Source: Felis catus (Eukaryota). From it: DNA of 64,000 nt. How positions within the stretch are numbered: position 1 is the first letter of the stretch; each line of letters starts with the position of its first letter. The stretch covers positions 111,726,001 to 111,790,000 of the forward strand of contig NC_058373.1 of assembly GCF_018350175.1 (NCBI RefSeq). Reading direction: 5' to 3'. Both the position numbers and the translations under genes were made by a program. Shown here piece by piece: positions 1 to 11,431 of this stretch. Below the pieces are notes generated by a model that did no database searches, had not been told where the DNA came from, and saw only the letters and a program-made list of their open reading frames with translations.

Positions 1-99
1 GGCTGCAAGGGCAGGCTTGGGAAAACATCCAGACCGGTCAGCAAGCTGTTTTCCACCTTGTAGATGGAATGGCAGGAAAAGCCAAGCAGAGCTGACATC

Positions 100-270
100 C
101 ACACGCTAGGTGCTCCTCTGTGCCTTGCAGACACTTGATATATATCCACTCATTTTACCCTTATAACAGCCCTATTCCTATTCCTGTTCCAGGTGAGGAA
201 ACTGAGGTACAGGGAGGTTACGTAAGTTACCCCAAACCATGCAGGTAACAAGGATCTGTATTCCAGGCAA
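100..270 (+). mobile_element. MIR SINE fragment
   Basis: MIR core-like text 'caggtgaggaaactgaggtacagggaggttacgtaagttaccccaaaccatgcag'; boundaries approximate. Confidence 0.7.
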
Positions 271-744
271 GTGAGGCAGGTGTGCAGAGAGAAAAGCTAG
301 ACAGCAAGTCTCCCTGAAGTCCCTGGGGCCATCTGGACCTGGGTTTTCCAGCCTTCTTGGGATGCTTGCCTTTGTTCCAGGAGATTCTCCTCCTCCTGTT
401 TCCTGACTCCTCTTTCTGCCAATGCTGGCTTGAGCAGATTTCTGTTATATGCAACTAAGAGTCCTAGCTACCGAATATTTGAACTCTTAGTTGAGAGGAG
501 CTAGTTTCTACATGAAGACACAGTGTGTTAGCTGGTGTCTCAGAGAAAAAGGGACACTTCCATCCCTTCCACAGACGATTATAATGACAGCATCATTAAT
601 CACAAAGAGTATTTGTGGCACACTTATGACATATCAGGAGCTGTTTTGAGTCCTTCCTGTATATTAACTTATCCGATCCTCACAAACACCCTACGAAGGG
701 CATGGTGTTGTTCTCTTCCTTTAGGGGAAACAGAGGCACAGAGA

Positions 745-1163
745 TAGTTATGAGTGACTTGTGTTCTCCCTCAAAATATTTTGAAGTCCTATCCCCCTCA
801 TACCTCAGTATGTGACCTTACTTGGAAAAAGGGTTGTTGCAGGTATGATTCGTTATGGGGAGGTCATATCAGAGTAGTGTTGGCCTTACCCCAATATGAC
901 TGCTGTCCCTACAAGAAAAGAGAGACACATGGGAAGAACACCATATGAAGATGGAGGGAGTGATCTACCAGTCAAGGAACAACAAGGATTTTGGATAACC
1001 ACCAGAAGTTTAGAGAGAGACAAACGGATTCTTCCTGAGAGCCTTCAGAAGGAACTATACCCCCCACCCCCTGATTTCAGATTTCTAGCTTCCAGAATAA
1101 ATTTCTGTTTTAAGCTCTCCAGTTTGCAGTACTTTGTTCTGGTAGGCCTAGGAAGTGAAATCA
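745..1163 (+). mobile_element. MaLR solo LTR (MLT1B/C-like) interrupting a MIR
   Basis: Typical MLT1 motifs 'gaagtccta..cc..tacctcag.atgtgacctta.ttggaaa' and 'ataaatttctgttttaagc...agtttgcagtactttgtt'; the MIR motif 'gaaacagaggcacagaga' before it resumes as 'ttgcccacggtcacacagctgg' after it. Confidence 0.75.
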
Positions 1164-2369
1164 GAGAAGCTGAGCCATTTGCCCACGGTCACACAGCTGG
1201 TGAGGTGGCAGAGGGAACATAAGCTGCATGAGCGTCTCAGCTGATGTTTTCAGCCTCCTCTGCAGTAACGCCCTCCATAGCAGTGCTGGGTGTTCTGTTG
1301 GAAGGGAGTCCTAATCAGATGGCCAGCCTGGAGCAGCTGGAGGAGAGTTGGAGTGTGCCTTTTTCTCTCTGCTCCTCTTTGGGGCTCAGGCAGGGAGGGT
1401 AAAGAGTTAATAAGTGTGCAGGACAATCTGGATTGGGCAGCCCGGCTGGAGTGAAGGAGAGCCTGCTCTCTCTGACAGATGGTCCCCCAGCATCTCCCTA
1501 GATACCTGCCTGGAATCGGTGCGGCGGGGCGGGTGTGCTGGAGGGGGGTGAGCACCAGACTTGGAATCCTGCTCGGCCTCCCTTTGGCTGGGTGACCTTG
1601 GGCCAGGGGCCCAACTTCCTCGTGCCTCAGTTTCCTCAAGTGGAAAAAAAGGACAAGTCTGACACCTCCCCACTGCCCAGTGTTGTTGTGGCAAATGTGG
1701 CAGTGAAAGTAACCGTGTCAGAGCGGGCCCAGGGCGGGACCTTAGAGACGAGAGAATAAGCACCCACCCTCTGTACTGCCATTCCCAGTCTGTGAGGCGC
1801 CACAAGTAACAGCCACGGGGTTTTCCTCTTTCCTTCCCTCTCCTTGTCTTTGTCCAAGCCGAGCTGACGGTGGCTTCTCAAGTTTGGCTCTTAGTATGCG
1901 CAGCTCTTCCTTAAGCTTCCAAGTGAGATGATCTGCATGAAAAATTAATTGTGTATTTTTTTTCTCCTTTTTTTTTTTCAAGTGAAGAAATTATTTAGGG
2001 CTTTGGGGAAGATGGGGCAGCTATTTGCTATGCAGTGGCTCATCCCCTTAGCCATCACCCCTGCCATGTTCAGCAAATGATTCTTCTATTCTCTGCCTGG
2101 CAGGTGGTCTCGCGGCTACATGTGTTCCGCACATCCAGCACATGCTCCGGGGAACACAACGTGGCGATGACTGCTGTTTCTAATTACTGCCATATCAGGA
2201 GGCAAAGGAAAGAAACTCGGCCAGCCTGGTGGGCTGCTGTGGAACACTGACATTCTTGGCTCTTGGGCTCCTGGAGACAGCGGGGCCCGGCTGCCTGGCT
2301 GGTCACTTGGGTGTGGACTTGCCTTTCCCCAGACAAACTCAACATCGGAATGGCTGGTAGGGACGTAGC

Positions 2370-2760
2370 GATCAATACGCCCTTATTTATTGAGCACCTA
2401 GTATGCTCCCGGTTTTATACTGAGCACTGGGGGAGATACAAGCCGTAACAAACACAGCTCCATCCTTTGGGAAACTTACATTATAGCTGGGGACAAGGAC
2501 AAAAGAAATAAAGAGAAAAAATTGCTCCATTTGTCCATCCAATGGCGTCTATTCAGAGTTGCCTTGTGGAGTTTATAGCCGAGTGGGGGAGAGAGACTGC
2601 AATGAAACGCCATCCCAAATACGCAGGTGCAAACCATGGTCAGTGCTATGAAGGCAAAGTACAGGGGCTATTAGAGCATCTATGGGGACCCGGTGGGAGG
2701 GTTAGAGAAGGACTCCTAGATGAACTGCCGTAAGATGTAACCATGCAAATGGAAGAACAG
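2370..2760 (-). mobile_element. L2 LINE 3' fragment
   Basis: 'tatttattgagcacctagtatgctcccgg...ctgagcactggggagataca' is the antisense L2 3' end. Confidence 0.65.
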
Positions 2761-3242
2761 GGTTACTCTAGGAGGTGTTCGGAAAGAGTGGACAAGTCAT
2801 GTGGATAGGTGTAGCGGGGAGGAAATTGTTAAATATGACTTCTGAGTTTCTAATTAGAATAGCTGGAAGCCAGAGGTGCTCTTATCAGACGGGCCAATTG
2901 GGAAAGGGAGTGATTTTTGCAGGGGAAGCAGCACAGAACAGGACAAGCCTGGAGGACAGGTGGGGTGCCCAGAGATGCTGGGAAAAGTGGGCAGGCAGGC
3001 GGCAGGAGCCTGGTGAGGGGCATTTGGGGCTGTGAGAGATGGACACTTCAAAGGGAAAACGTACAGGGAAGACGTACAGGGAAGTGAAGTCTGGGGCAGG
3101 TTCTCAAGCCAGGAAGTGCTCTCACTGGGACTTCAGATGGGAAAAAGGGGACTCCCACTAATCAACACACTTACACTGCCACTGTGTGGGGTCATTAGGC
3201 AGCCAGACTCAGAAACTCACTTGAGGTCATTTCAGCAAACTA

Positions 3243-3280
<38 letters not shown>
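3243..3280. repeat. (TG)n microsatellite
   Basis: Directly visible TG run. Confidence 0.95.
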
Positions 3281-3281
<1 letters not shown>

Positions 3282-3509
3282 TGTTATATCCCAGGGCAGG
3301 AAATAGCTGGACAGCCTGGGATGGGACCTTGGAAGCCCCATGGCAGTGTCTCCCTCCATCTTTCTGGGAACACATGGTGTCCCATCTCTGCCTTTCTCTG
3401 TGTATCTGTTCCATTTTCCTCCTTCTCTCTGCTGACTATTGGGTGCCTCCCTTGCTTCCTCGTGGCCTTACTGTGGATTTTTGGTCCAAGAGTCCAATAT
3501 TATCTATGC

Positions 3510-4190
3510 AATCTTTAATTCAATAAACCTTATTGAACACCTACTTTGTGTCAGGCAGTATTTTTAGGCACTGGGGATATAGCAGATATCAAAGCAAAGT
3601 CTCTTAGTTCTAGTAGGGAAAACATATTAAACAAATAAAGATATAATATTTCAGGTGGCAATATACTATGAAGAAAAATAAAGCTGAGTGAGGGTCTGGA
3701 AAGTGCCTTTGGGATGGTGGGGGGTGGAGAGTGCCATTTTTATAACTGCTGTCTGGAAGAGGCCTCGCTCTGGTCCAGTGACATTAGAGCAGAGACTTGA
3801 GGAAATGGATGAGTGATCCATGCAGATATGTGAGGCAAGGGGGTTTCTAGCAGAGGGGAATACCCATGAGGATCCGGCCGTGGGGCATTGCGTGGGGCAT
3901 TGCTGAGGCGTTCCTAGAAACATGAGCAGGCAAGTGTGGCTTGCGAGGAGAGGGTATGGGAGCATCTGAGGAGCTGGGCCTGGCTCGCAGGGCTCACCGG
4001 TGCTGCAGGGTAGGAGACTGAAGTTCGGAGGCCCGGAGTAGGGGAGGGAGGTGGGTGACCTCCACTGTAGCGGATGTGCTGCGGGGTCTGAGCACCAAAC
4101 AAGGGAGAGCAGTTAGCAGGTGGATCCCGGTGAGAGACCGCGGTGATCTGGGCTGGGGGAGACGCCGCGGTCACAGTCTGGGTAGGTCTC
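3510..4190 (-). mobile_element. L2 LINE fragment
   Basis: 'ttattgaacacctactttgtgtcaggcagtattttaggcactggggatatagcag' and 'gtgacattagagcagagacttga' match antisense L2. Confidence 0.7.
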
Positions 4191-4599
4191 AACAGTTCCT
4201 AATGGATCTGATTTGTTTCTGCATCTTTTAGTTCAACTTGTTGACAGACAGACTCTTATCGGCCCAAAGCAGCCTATGGATGACCCAACCAGAGAGGGAG
4301 AAGGGTAGGGTCAAGTTCAAAGGAGCCTCTCCAGGGAGTGGGTGAGGAAGGACTCTCGTGTCCCATGGTTGGTGCGTTTCCTTCACTCATGGGTTAATGG
4401 TGTTCTCAACAGCCCGGAGAGCGAGGGGTTCTTATTCCAGTCTTCAACGTATAAATCGGGGGCTGGGGTGATCCCTCCTCCCGGATTCCGGCTGACACGA
4501 AAGCCTGTGCTGTAACCACCAAGGCCTGCTGCCCCGGGGTGGGGAGTGGGGGGTAAAGAGAACAGCCCAAGATGGAGACAGGGGCAGGTGCAAAGTCTC

Positions 4600-4850
4600 G
4601 GAAGCCCCCGAAGGAGCGTCTGAAGAGTGAGAAAGGGCTAACAGCGCCCACGCCGTGGAGAAGCAGGGCCACCAGGCGCGGCCAGGCTGCGGGGAGAGCC
4701 AAAGCCGGGTAAGCGGCTGAAGGGAGGGTGGAGGCCGGCGGAGCCGGCGCCGCAGCCGGAAGGACGCTGCCCCCTGCTGGCAGTGCGATCCCGGGCCCTT
4801 GCCGGCTCGGAGCCTCCCCTTGCCCCGGGCAGGCCCGCTTAAACTTAGCT
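4600..4850. promoter_or_regulatory. Small CpG island
   Basis: GC-rich with dense CpG, e.g. 'ggaggccggcggagccggcgccgcagccggaaggacgctg'; elevated CpG extends roughly 4000-5200. Confidence 0.7.
4765..4782 (-). promoter_or_regulatory. CTCF-type motif
   Basis: Minus strand TGCCAGCAGGGGGCAGCG fits the CTCF core CCASYAGRKGGCRS; lies in the CpG island. Confidence 0.7.
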
Positions 4851-5889
4851 ACGCTGTGCTAAACCACCACCACAAGTTTCTCTCTTTTCCGTGTTCTGTG
4901 TTCCGTGTGGATTGATTGCAGCCCTGCTGCTCCATGTCATGTTCACTCTGGCCCAGGGTGACTGACGGAGCAGCCCCTGTGTCTGGGCCTTGCCATTTCA
5001 GTGCCGGAAGGTGGAGAAGAGAGAGACGGAGGGCAGGAGGGATTGGGAGGGAGAGGATATCACTGAGCACTGTCCAAGTGGATGGGAGAGGAGAGTATAC
5101 CCCACCCCCAGGGAAGGGCGATGGATATCTGGACAACAACGCCGTCTGCCTCAGTGCCCACCTCCCAGGGTGTCAGAAGCACGCGGGGGCAGCGTCTCCC
5201 GCGCACAGTGAGAGCTCAGAACTGATACCTGTTCCTCTGGTTAACAGCCAGCTGCAGCACCCTGGGAGACACTCTGCCCCCGCACCTAGGAAAACCCTTT
5301 TCACTCTCCTTCAGTAGTTTGTCACCAGGAAGAGAAAAAGCAGTTGAACCCCAGGTTTGCTCAGAACATCAGCCCGGTGGTGACCACGGATTCCGTCCCC
5401 GTTCTCCCACACACCTGCAGCCTGCAGCCCTGGCCTGCTTCCTGATGCTCAGAGCGCCCCCCTCCCCCCTCTGCTGTCCACATCCTTCATGCACCCGCCG
5501 CCTCAGCTGCCCCTCCTCCAGGCTCTCCTGGCCCTTCTTCTTAATGCTGGTTTTGTGTTGTTTTGTGTTGTTTTAAACGGAAATCTGAGTAGACATCATT
5601 TATAGCTACCGATTTTGGTCAGGCTCCCTAGCTAATCAGGTTGCACTGGAGTGATGATTCCTTACTTTCAAGACTGCAGAGTGAGGAAAATTTTGCCTCC
5701 AGGTCAATTTCTGATAAGAAAAGAGAAAAAGCAAAAGCTGAGCCAATCTCAGGCCACACAAACCAGAGGGGATCCCCTGCAAGTGGGCCCTCATCATCCC
5801 TCCTGGTGGCACGGAGGATGTGCCCACAGGCCGTGGTCCTGGGTTGGTTACTGTATACATGTTCACAAAGAAAAGAATTGTGGGCATGG

Positions 5890-6087
5890 GGGGACACCTG
5901 GGTGGCTCAGTTGGTTAAGTGTCCAGCTCTTGATTTTGGCTCAGGTCATGATCTCATGCTTCGTGAGATCAAGCCTCACATAGGGCTCTGCGTTGACAGA
6001 GTGGAGCCTGCTTGGGATTCTCTCTCTTGCTCTTTCTCTTTGCCACTCCCCCCTTGGTCTCTCCCTTTCTCTCAAAACAAATAAACA
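5890..6087 (+). mobile_element. Can-SINE
   Basis: 'gggacacctgggtggctcagttggttaag' tRNA-like head, CT-rich linker, 'aaataaacat' tail. Confidence 0.95.
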
Positions 6088-6088
6088 T

Positions 6089-6128
<40 letters not shown>

Positions 6129-6581
6129 AGAAAGAAAGAAGGAAAGAAAGGAAGAAAGAAAGAAGAAAGAAAAAAAGGAGGAAAGAAAGAAAGAAAGAAA
6201 AGAAAAGAAAAGAAAAGAAAAGAAAAGAAAAGAAAGAAGGAAAGAAAGAAGAAAGAAAGAAGGAAAGAAAGAAAGAAGGAAAGGAAAGAAAGAAGAAAGA
6301 AAGAAAGAAAGAAAGAAGAAAGAAAGAAGGAAAGAAGGAAACAAAGAAAGAAGGAAAGAAAGAAGAAAGAAGGAAAGAAAGAAAGAAGGAAAGAAGGAAA
6401 GAAATAAGGAAAGAAAGAAAGAAAGAAGAAAGAAAGAAAGAAGGAAAGAAGGAAAGAAAGAAAGAAGGAAAGAAAGAAGAAAGAAAGAAAGAAGAAAGAA
6501 AGAAGGAAAGAAGGAAACAAAGAAAGAAGGAAAGAAAGAAGAAAGAAAGAAAGAAGGAAGAAAGAAGAAAGAAAGAAAAGA
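6089..6581. repeat. Complex (GAAA)n/(GAAG)n polypurine microsatellite grown from the SINE tail
   Basis: About 490 bp of almost pure A/G directly after the SINE tail. Confidence 0.97.
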
Positions 6582-7284
6582 ATTGGGAATTCCCAGCCTG
6601 GCTGGGAATTCACATTTTCAAAGAGTGGCACTACAGGTACCTTGTACCATGGAGGTGCATTTTATCCAGACCTGGAATGGTAGTTGAGCAAGGCCAATCT
6701 TATATGGGCTGCGGCAACCATGGGGAAGAGAGGGAAGTAGGAAGACTTGTTAAAATCATGGAGGAAGAACCATGACTGGTGTTAATTTTTGTCGGGGCCA
6801 CAGATTTAATGATTTGCAAAGCATCTTTTTTTCATTTGATTTTCTAATTTTGGCTTCACAGTAAGCCTGAGAAGTAGAAAGAACTGGTGTTTTTCTCAGC
6901 ATTTTCATACACAAGATAAACAAAGCTTGGGAAAGATTAAGTGATTCAGCTGAGGACACAGGCAGTAAATGAGAGAGTCCAAATATTTTGACTCTTTGCT
7001 ACGTGTTATTTTTATTACTACAAGTAGCCTCCAGAAGGTGAACATAGGTTTTACAAAACGTTGGGTAACCATGATTCCTCATTAGGAATTTTGGGTATGT
7101 CCCAATGGTGTTGTTGGGGGATGGGCAAAGGCAGTAGAGAGGAAATTTCACGAGGGCTAACTTTTTGACCTTAAGTTGCAGTCACCCACTTCATTTCAGT
7201 GTAGGGTCACTGGTCCAGGGCTGCAGCCCTGTTCTCACAGGTGGAGGTGGTGACAAGATTTGTTAATATGTGAGCTTCAGGGAT

Positions 7285-7620
7285 CAGCTAATGTTCTTGG
7301 GTTGTAAACAACAGAAATCAGGTTGGAGAAGTTAAGCAGACAATTGTGTTGGAAAGGTTTCAGGCAGCTCTCAGGGTCCACAGGTAGATGGAGGTGCTGG
7401 GCAAGGACAGTGGCAGTGGCCTAGGCAACTGGGGGTGCTGGTAAGGCAGGAACCAGCCGGGGGCAGCATTGGGCCACTGCTGTCAGAATGAAGGGTCGAG
7501 CGTCTGGCTCACCTAACCAGAGTCACTTGCTGTCCCCTGGGCCAGGGCCTACTGGACAGTCCCAGTAAAGTGACCTACAGTTGGAAAAGGGAAACAGAAT
7601 TTTCAGTTACTAAAGGAGGG
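7285..7620 (-). mobile_element. Old MaLR LTR (MLT1) fragment
   Basis: 'gttcttgggttgtaaacaacagaaa' resembles the antisense MLT1 end; degenerate. Confidence 0.45.
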
Positions 7621-8339
7621 GGAATGCCTTCCTTTATGGGAAGACAATTATTATCCTTTACATGGACCCTTCCAGCCCCATGCCATCTTCCAGTAAAAGA
7701 GACTTCATCCATCCCCTGTCCAGGATCTTCTGTGATGTGCACAGTGGCGGATACGTGGGAAAGGCTGGCAGGGGTGACGAAGGGATTGACTTAGTCAACA
7801 CGCAGAGTGAGAGAGGAGGAAGGTCTGCATGGCTTGCCTGGTGGTGGGGCTTGAGGAAGGCCTGGGGTTTAGAGCATCTCCCAGACAGCATCACATAGGG
7901 CAAAGACAAGGTGCTCCTGAGATGTGTTGTGGTGAGTTAAGAACTGAGTCAGTTTTAGTGTACTTTCTGAGATGTAAGTGAAGATTAACAGTTTCCTTTT
8001 AATGACATGTGGGCCCTAGGTCATGTGACTTTGAACGTGACTTTGTGCACAGGCTGTGTAGGGCTTCAGGATTCTATTAGGGTCACAGTGATATTTAGTG
8101 TTTGTCATCGAAGTTCTTAAAAAGTGAATGGCCGACAGCTTGCAGGGCAGGAAGATGAATGTGGCTGAATTGATCTATTCCCTTCTTTTTGTCCTTGTTC
8201 TGGAATTACTCATTTTAGTTTTTTCATGAGGAAACATTTTAATCTGCTCAAGCTTTCCTTCAGGAAGCAAAATCTGTGATCGCTTCATTTTCTAGAAAGT
8301 GAGTATATTTCTAGTCAGGGCTTAAGATGTATTTGAATA

Positions 8340-8560
8340 GGGAGCGCCTGGGTGGCTCAGTCGGTTGAGCGTCTGACTTCAGCTCAGGTCGTGATCTCAC
8401 GGTTCGGCTCATGAGTTCGAGCCCCGCATCGGGCTCTGTGCTGACAGCTCAGAGCCTGGAGCCTGCTTCAGATTCTGTGTCTCCCTCTCTGTATCCCTCT
8501 CCCCCTCACACTCTGTCTCTTTCTCTCAAAAATAAATACACATTAAAAAAATTAAAAAGA
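8340..8560 (+). mobile_element. Can-SINE (felid type)
   Basis: 'ggagcgcctgggtggctcagtcggttgagcgtctgacttcagctcaggtc...gctgacagctcagagcctggagcctgcttcagattctgtgtctccc'; imperfect TSD atgta(t/c)ttgaat. Confidence 0.96.
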
Positions 8561-9941
8561 AATGTACTTGAATGGGTCCTGCATTTCCATTCTAATCATT
8601 CCTTGTAAACAGCTCATCATTTTTATTATAAGAACTTGAGAGTGCATCCTTTTATATATATGTAAATAGAAGCACGTGCTCTAACTCATAAAGTTTAATT
8701 TGTTAGTCTGTAATGTTACTTGGAAGCCAACTTTATTACCATCATAAGAGCTAACTTCCCGAGTAAGCATTTCATGTGCGTGGTAACCTGATGAGGCAAA
8801 TCTACTCGTATCTCCATTTTACAGACTAGAAGAGTAAGGTCACTCATTTGTTTACAGTCACACGGGTAATAGGAGAGAACGTCCCAAACTGGCCTGAGTA
8901 GTTGCGTCACTGAATGGTTCTGCTGCCAGTAGGGCTCATTTACCACAACTGCTGAAACATTCAGAACCCAATCCATTATATTAGCATAATTAAGAGAACT
9001 AAAAAAAATAGGCCATTGGTACGTTAATGAATCAATTTTGGATTAAGGAGGGTTTGCTAATTAATCAATTTAAACTCCTTTTTTGGGTATTTACTATGTG
9101 CTAGGCCCTGTGGACCCAGTAGTGAGCCAAGGTAAAATCCCTGTCTTCAAGGATCCTAGAGCCTAGTGGAAATGCCAGACGATAATCAAATAGTTGCGAA
9201 AAATAAACCTATAATTATAAATTGTGATAAGGATGAGTTCTTTGCGAGTGAATTGCAGTAGAAGTGACAGGTGGCGAGAAGACGGGAACGAAAGGGAAGC
9301 AGTTAGCTATATCTGGGTGTCATCTACCCATCCGACATTTGTCATGTTGGGTGAGTATATGCCGTTGTGTCAATTGCCACGGATGGGTGAACAAGATGGA
9401 GTCCTTGCTCTCAACGGGGATTCAAGGGGGAAAACACAGGGACACAAAGAACCAGAGCCATATCCCCTAAAAATGTGAGCTAAGATGACTTGATGGCAGT
9501 TAGTGTGACCGCTAACATCTCTTGGCACACTCGGGAGGAAGCACTCCGCACGGATAACCCATTACCCCTTAAAACAGCCCTCCTAGATGAGTGTGGTTAA
9601 TATCCCCAAGTGGGTGGGGAGGGAATGGAGAGCAGCCAGGCTCAGGTTTGTGATTAGGGACTGGGAGAAAATACAGGCAGTGAGTTGTAAGAAATGGCTG
9701 GAAAGTGGCAGAAAGTGAGAGGTTAAGATGTTATGATTGGTGAGTGGGGAGGGCATACTTCTGGCTGGAGGAATCGGGAGAGACTTCCTGGAGGAGTGGG
9801 TGTTTGGTGTGGGCCTTGAAGGATGGGGGAATTTTGCAGACAGAGACCGAAACTGTTGGCGCGGATAACAGTGGCATGCACCAAGGCAGGGTGTGTGCCA
9901 AATGTGCTGGGCTGGGTCTGGGTCTCCTTGGGAACTGTGTA

Positions 9942-10075
9942 GGGCAGTGGTTCCTATACCTGGCTGTGCTTTAGTCTCCTGGAAAACCTTTTACAAACTT
10001 ACAAAATTAGACTCTCGTTAAGTAAACTTGAGAACACGCATTTTTACGAAGCACCCTGGGTGAGTCAGATGTAGG
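9942..10075. mobile_element. MER5-like hAT-Charlie relic
   Basis: 'cagtggttcctatacctggctg...gcatttttacgaagcaccctgggtga'. Confidence 0.55.
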
Positions 10076-11214
10076 ACAGCAGTATGGTGGGGTGTGGCCA
10101 GATTCTGCATGGCCTGGGGTTGGGGCCTAGAAGTTTGCTTTATTTGTTGGGTGGTGGCTGAGAGAAGGCCAGGCTCCGGGAAGTCAGTCTGCTCCAGGAT
10201 GCTGGGCTCCTCAAGAGCCTGAAGGCAAGGGGATTAGCAGTGGCTAGTTAATTGCATCCGCAAGAAGTGCCTGGCCTGGGGTGGTGGCAGTGAGTGTGGG
10301 CAGAGTCAGCAGGATCTGGTACCCAAATGGATGGGGAGGGGGATGGAGAGCAGCTGGGCAGTGCCATCTTGGGGCCACATCCGGACCAGGCGACCAACAC
10401 AGCAGTCTCCGATGAACTTTTTGCTCCACAGAGGAAGGTAGAGGTGGGTGGCTGGCCAGAGCCCTGACCTCCTCATGGCACGGGTGTCCAGCCTGAATCT
10501 TTCTGTCTTCACTGTGTCTGCCCAGAAGAGGCTTTCTAAGTATCTTAGAAGCCCAGGTAACATTTCAACAATCCTCCTGGCTGAAAGGATGGATTCTTTA
10601 TAGAATAAGACAGGGAGGTGGATGCAGGAACAATGACGTCAAGACCAAGGCTGAGGAAAGACCTAGTTTTTCCTACCAGGAATTTTCCAACCAGGAATCA
10701 CCTGTTGTGTGATTTGTCTTGGCTTAGAGACAGAACAGTCTCAGCCAATAATAATATCAGTGATTATAACGGTAACAGCTATTGGGTACTAAGTGTGGGA
10801 TAACCACTGTGTTAGAAGCTTCACCTGAGTCATCCCATTTAACTCATGCAGTAGCCCTGAGGAATACCAGCAGAGGCTTTCTTAGCTCCAGTAAGCAGAC
10901 GACGAGACTGAGGCTTGGAAAGAGAAAACTTGCCCGAGGTCCCCCAGATGCTGTTTCAGCAATACCGGGGTTACACTGCCTGCAGAGTGGTGCTTGAGAG
11001 GGAGGGACCCGGGGATACAGAGGGAAGAGAGGCTAGAGAGGAAAGAGCCCCAGGCCTGGAGCCAGAACTCCCAGGGCCAAATCCCAGCTCTGTCACTCTC
11101 CAAAGCCTCAAAATCAGGCCCAGTTCTGGCCCCCATAAAATGTCAACAGTCCCTCTTGCTCTCCCAGCCGCCCAGGGCGGTAAGAAGGCTCGAACACATA
11201 GAGAAGGTATCAGT

Positions 11215-11431
11215 TTAAAAAAATTTTTTTAACGTTTATTATTGAGAGATGGAGAGACACAGAGCATGAGCAGGGGAGGGGTAGAGAGAGGGGGAGACAC
11301 AGAATCTGAAGCAGGCTCCAGGCTCTGAGCTGTCAGCACAGAGCCCAATGCAGGGCTGGAACTCACAAACTGTGAGATCATGACCTGCACCGCAGTCGGT
11401 CGCTTAACCAACTGAGCCACCCAGGTGCCCC
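11215..11431 (-). mobile_element. Can-SINE (felid type) with perfect TSD
   Basis: Antisense SINE flanked by catagagaaggtatcagt at 11197-11214 and 11432-11449. Confidence 0.97.

Noticed and set aside
5969..6775. Long ORFs of 220 and 260 aa (K/E/R-rich and F/L/S-rich)
   Set aside because: They are translations of the GAAA microsatellite and the adjacent SINE, which simply lack stop codons
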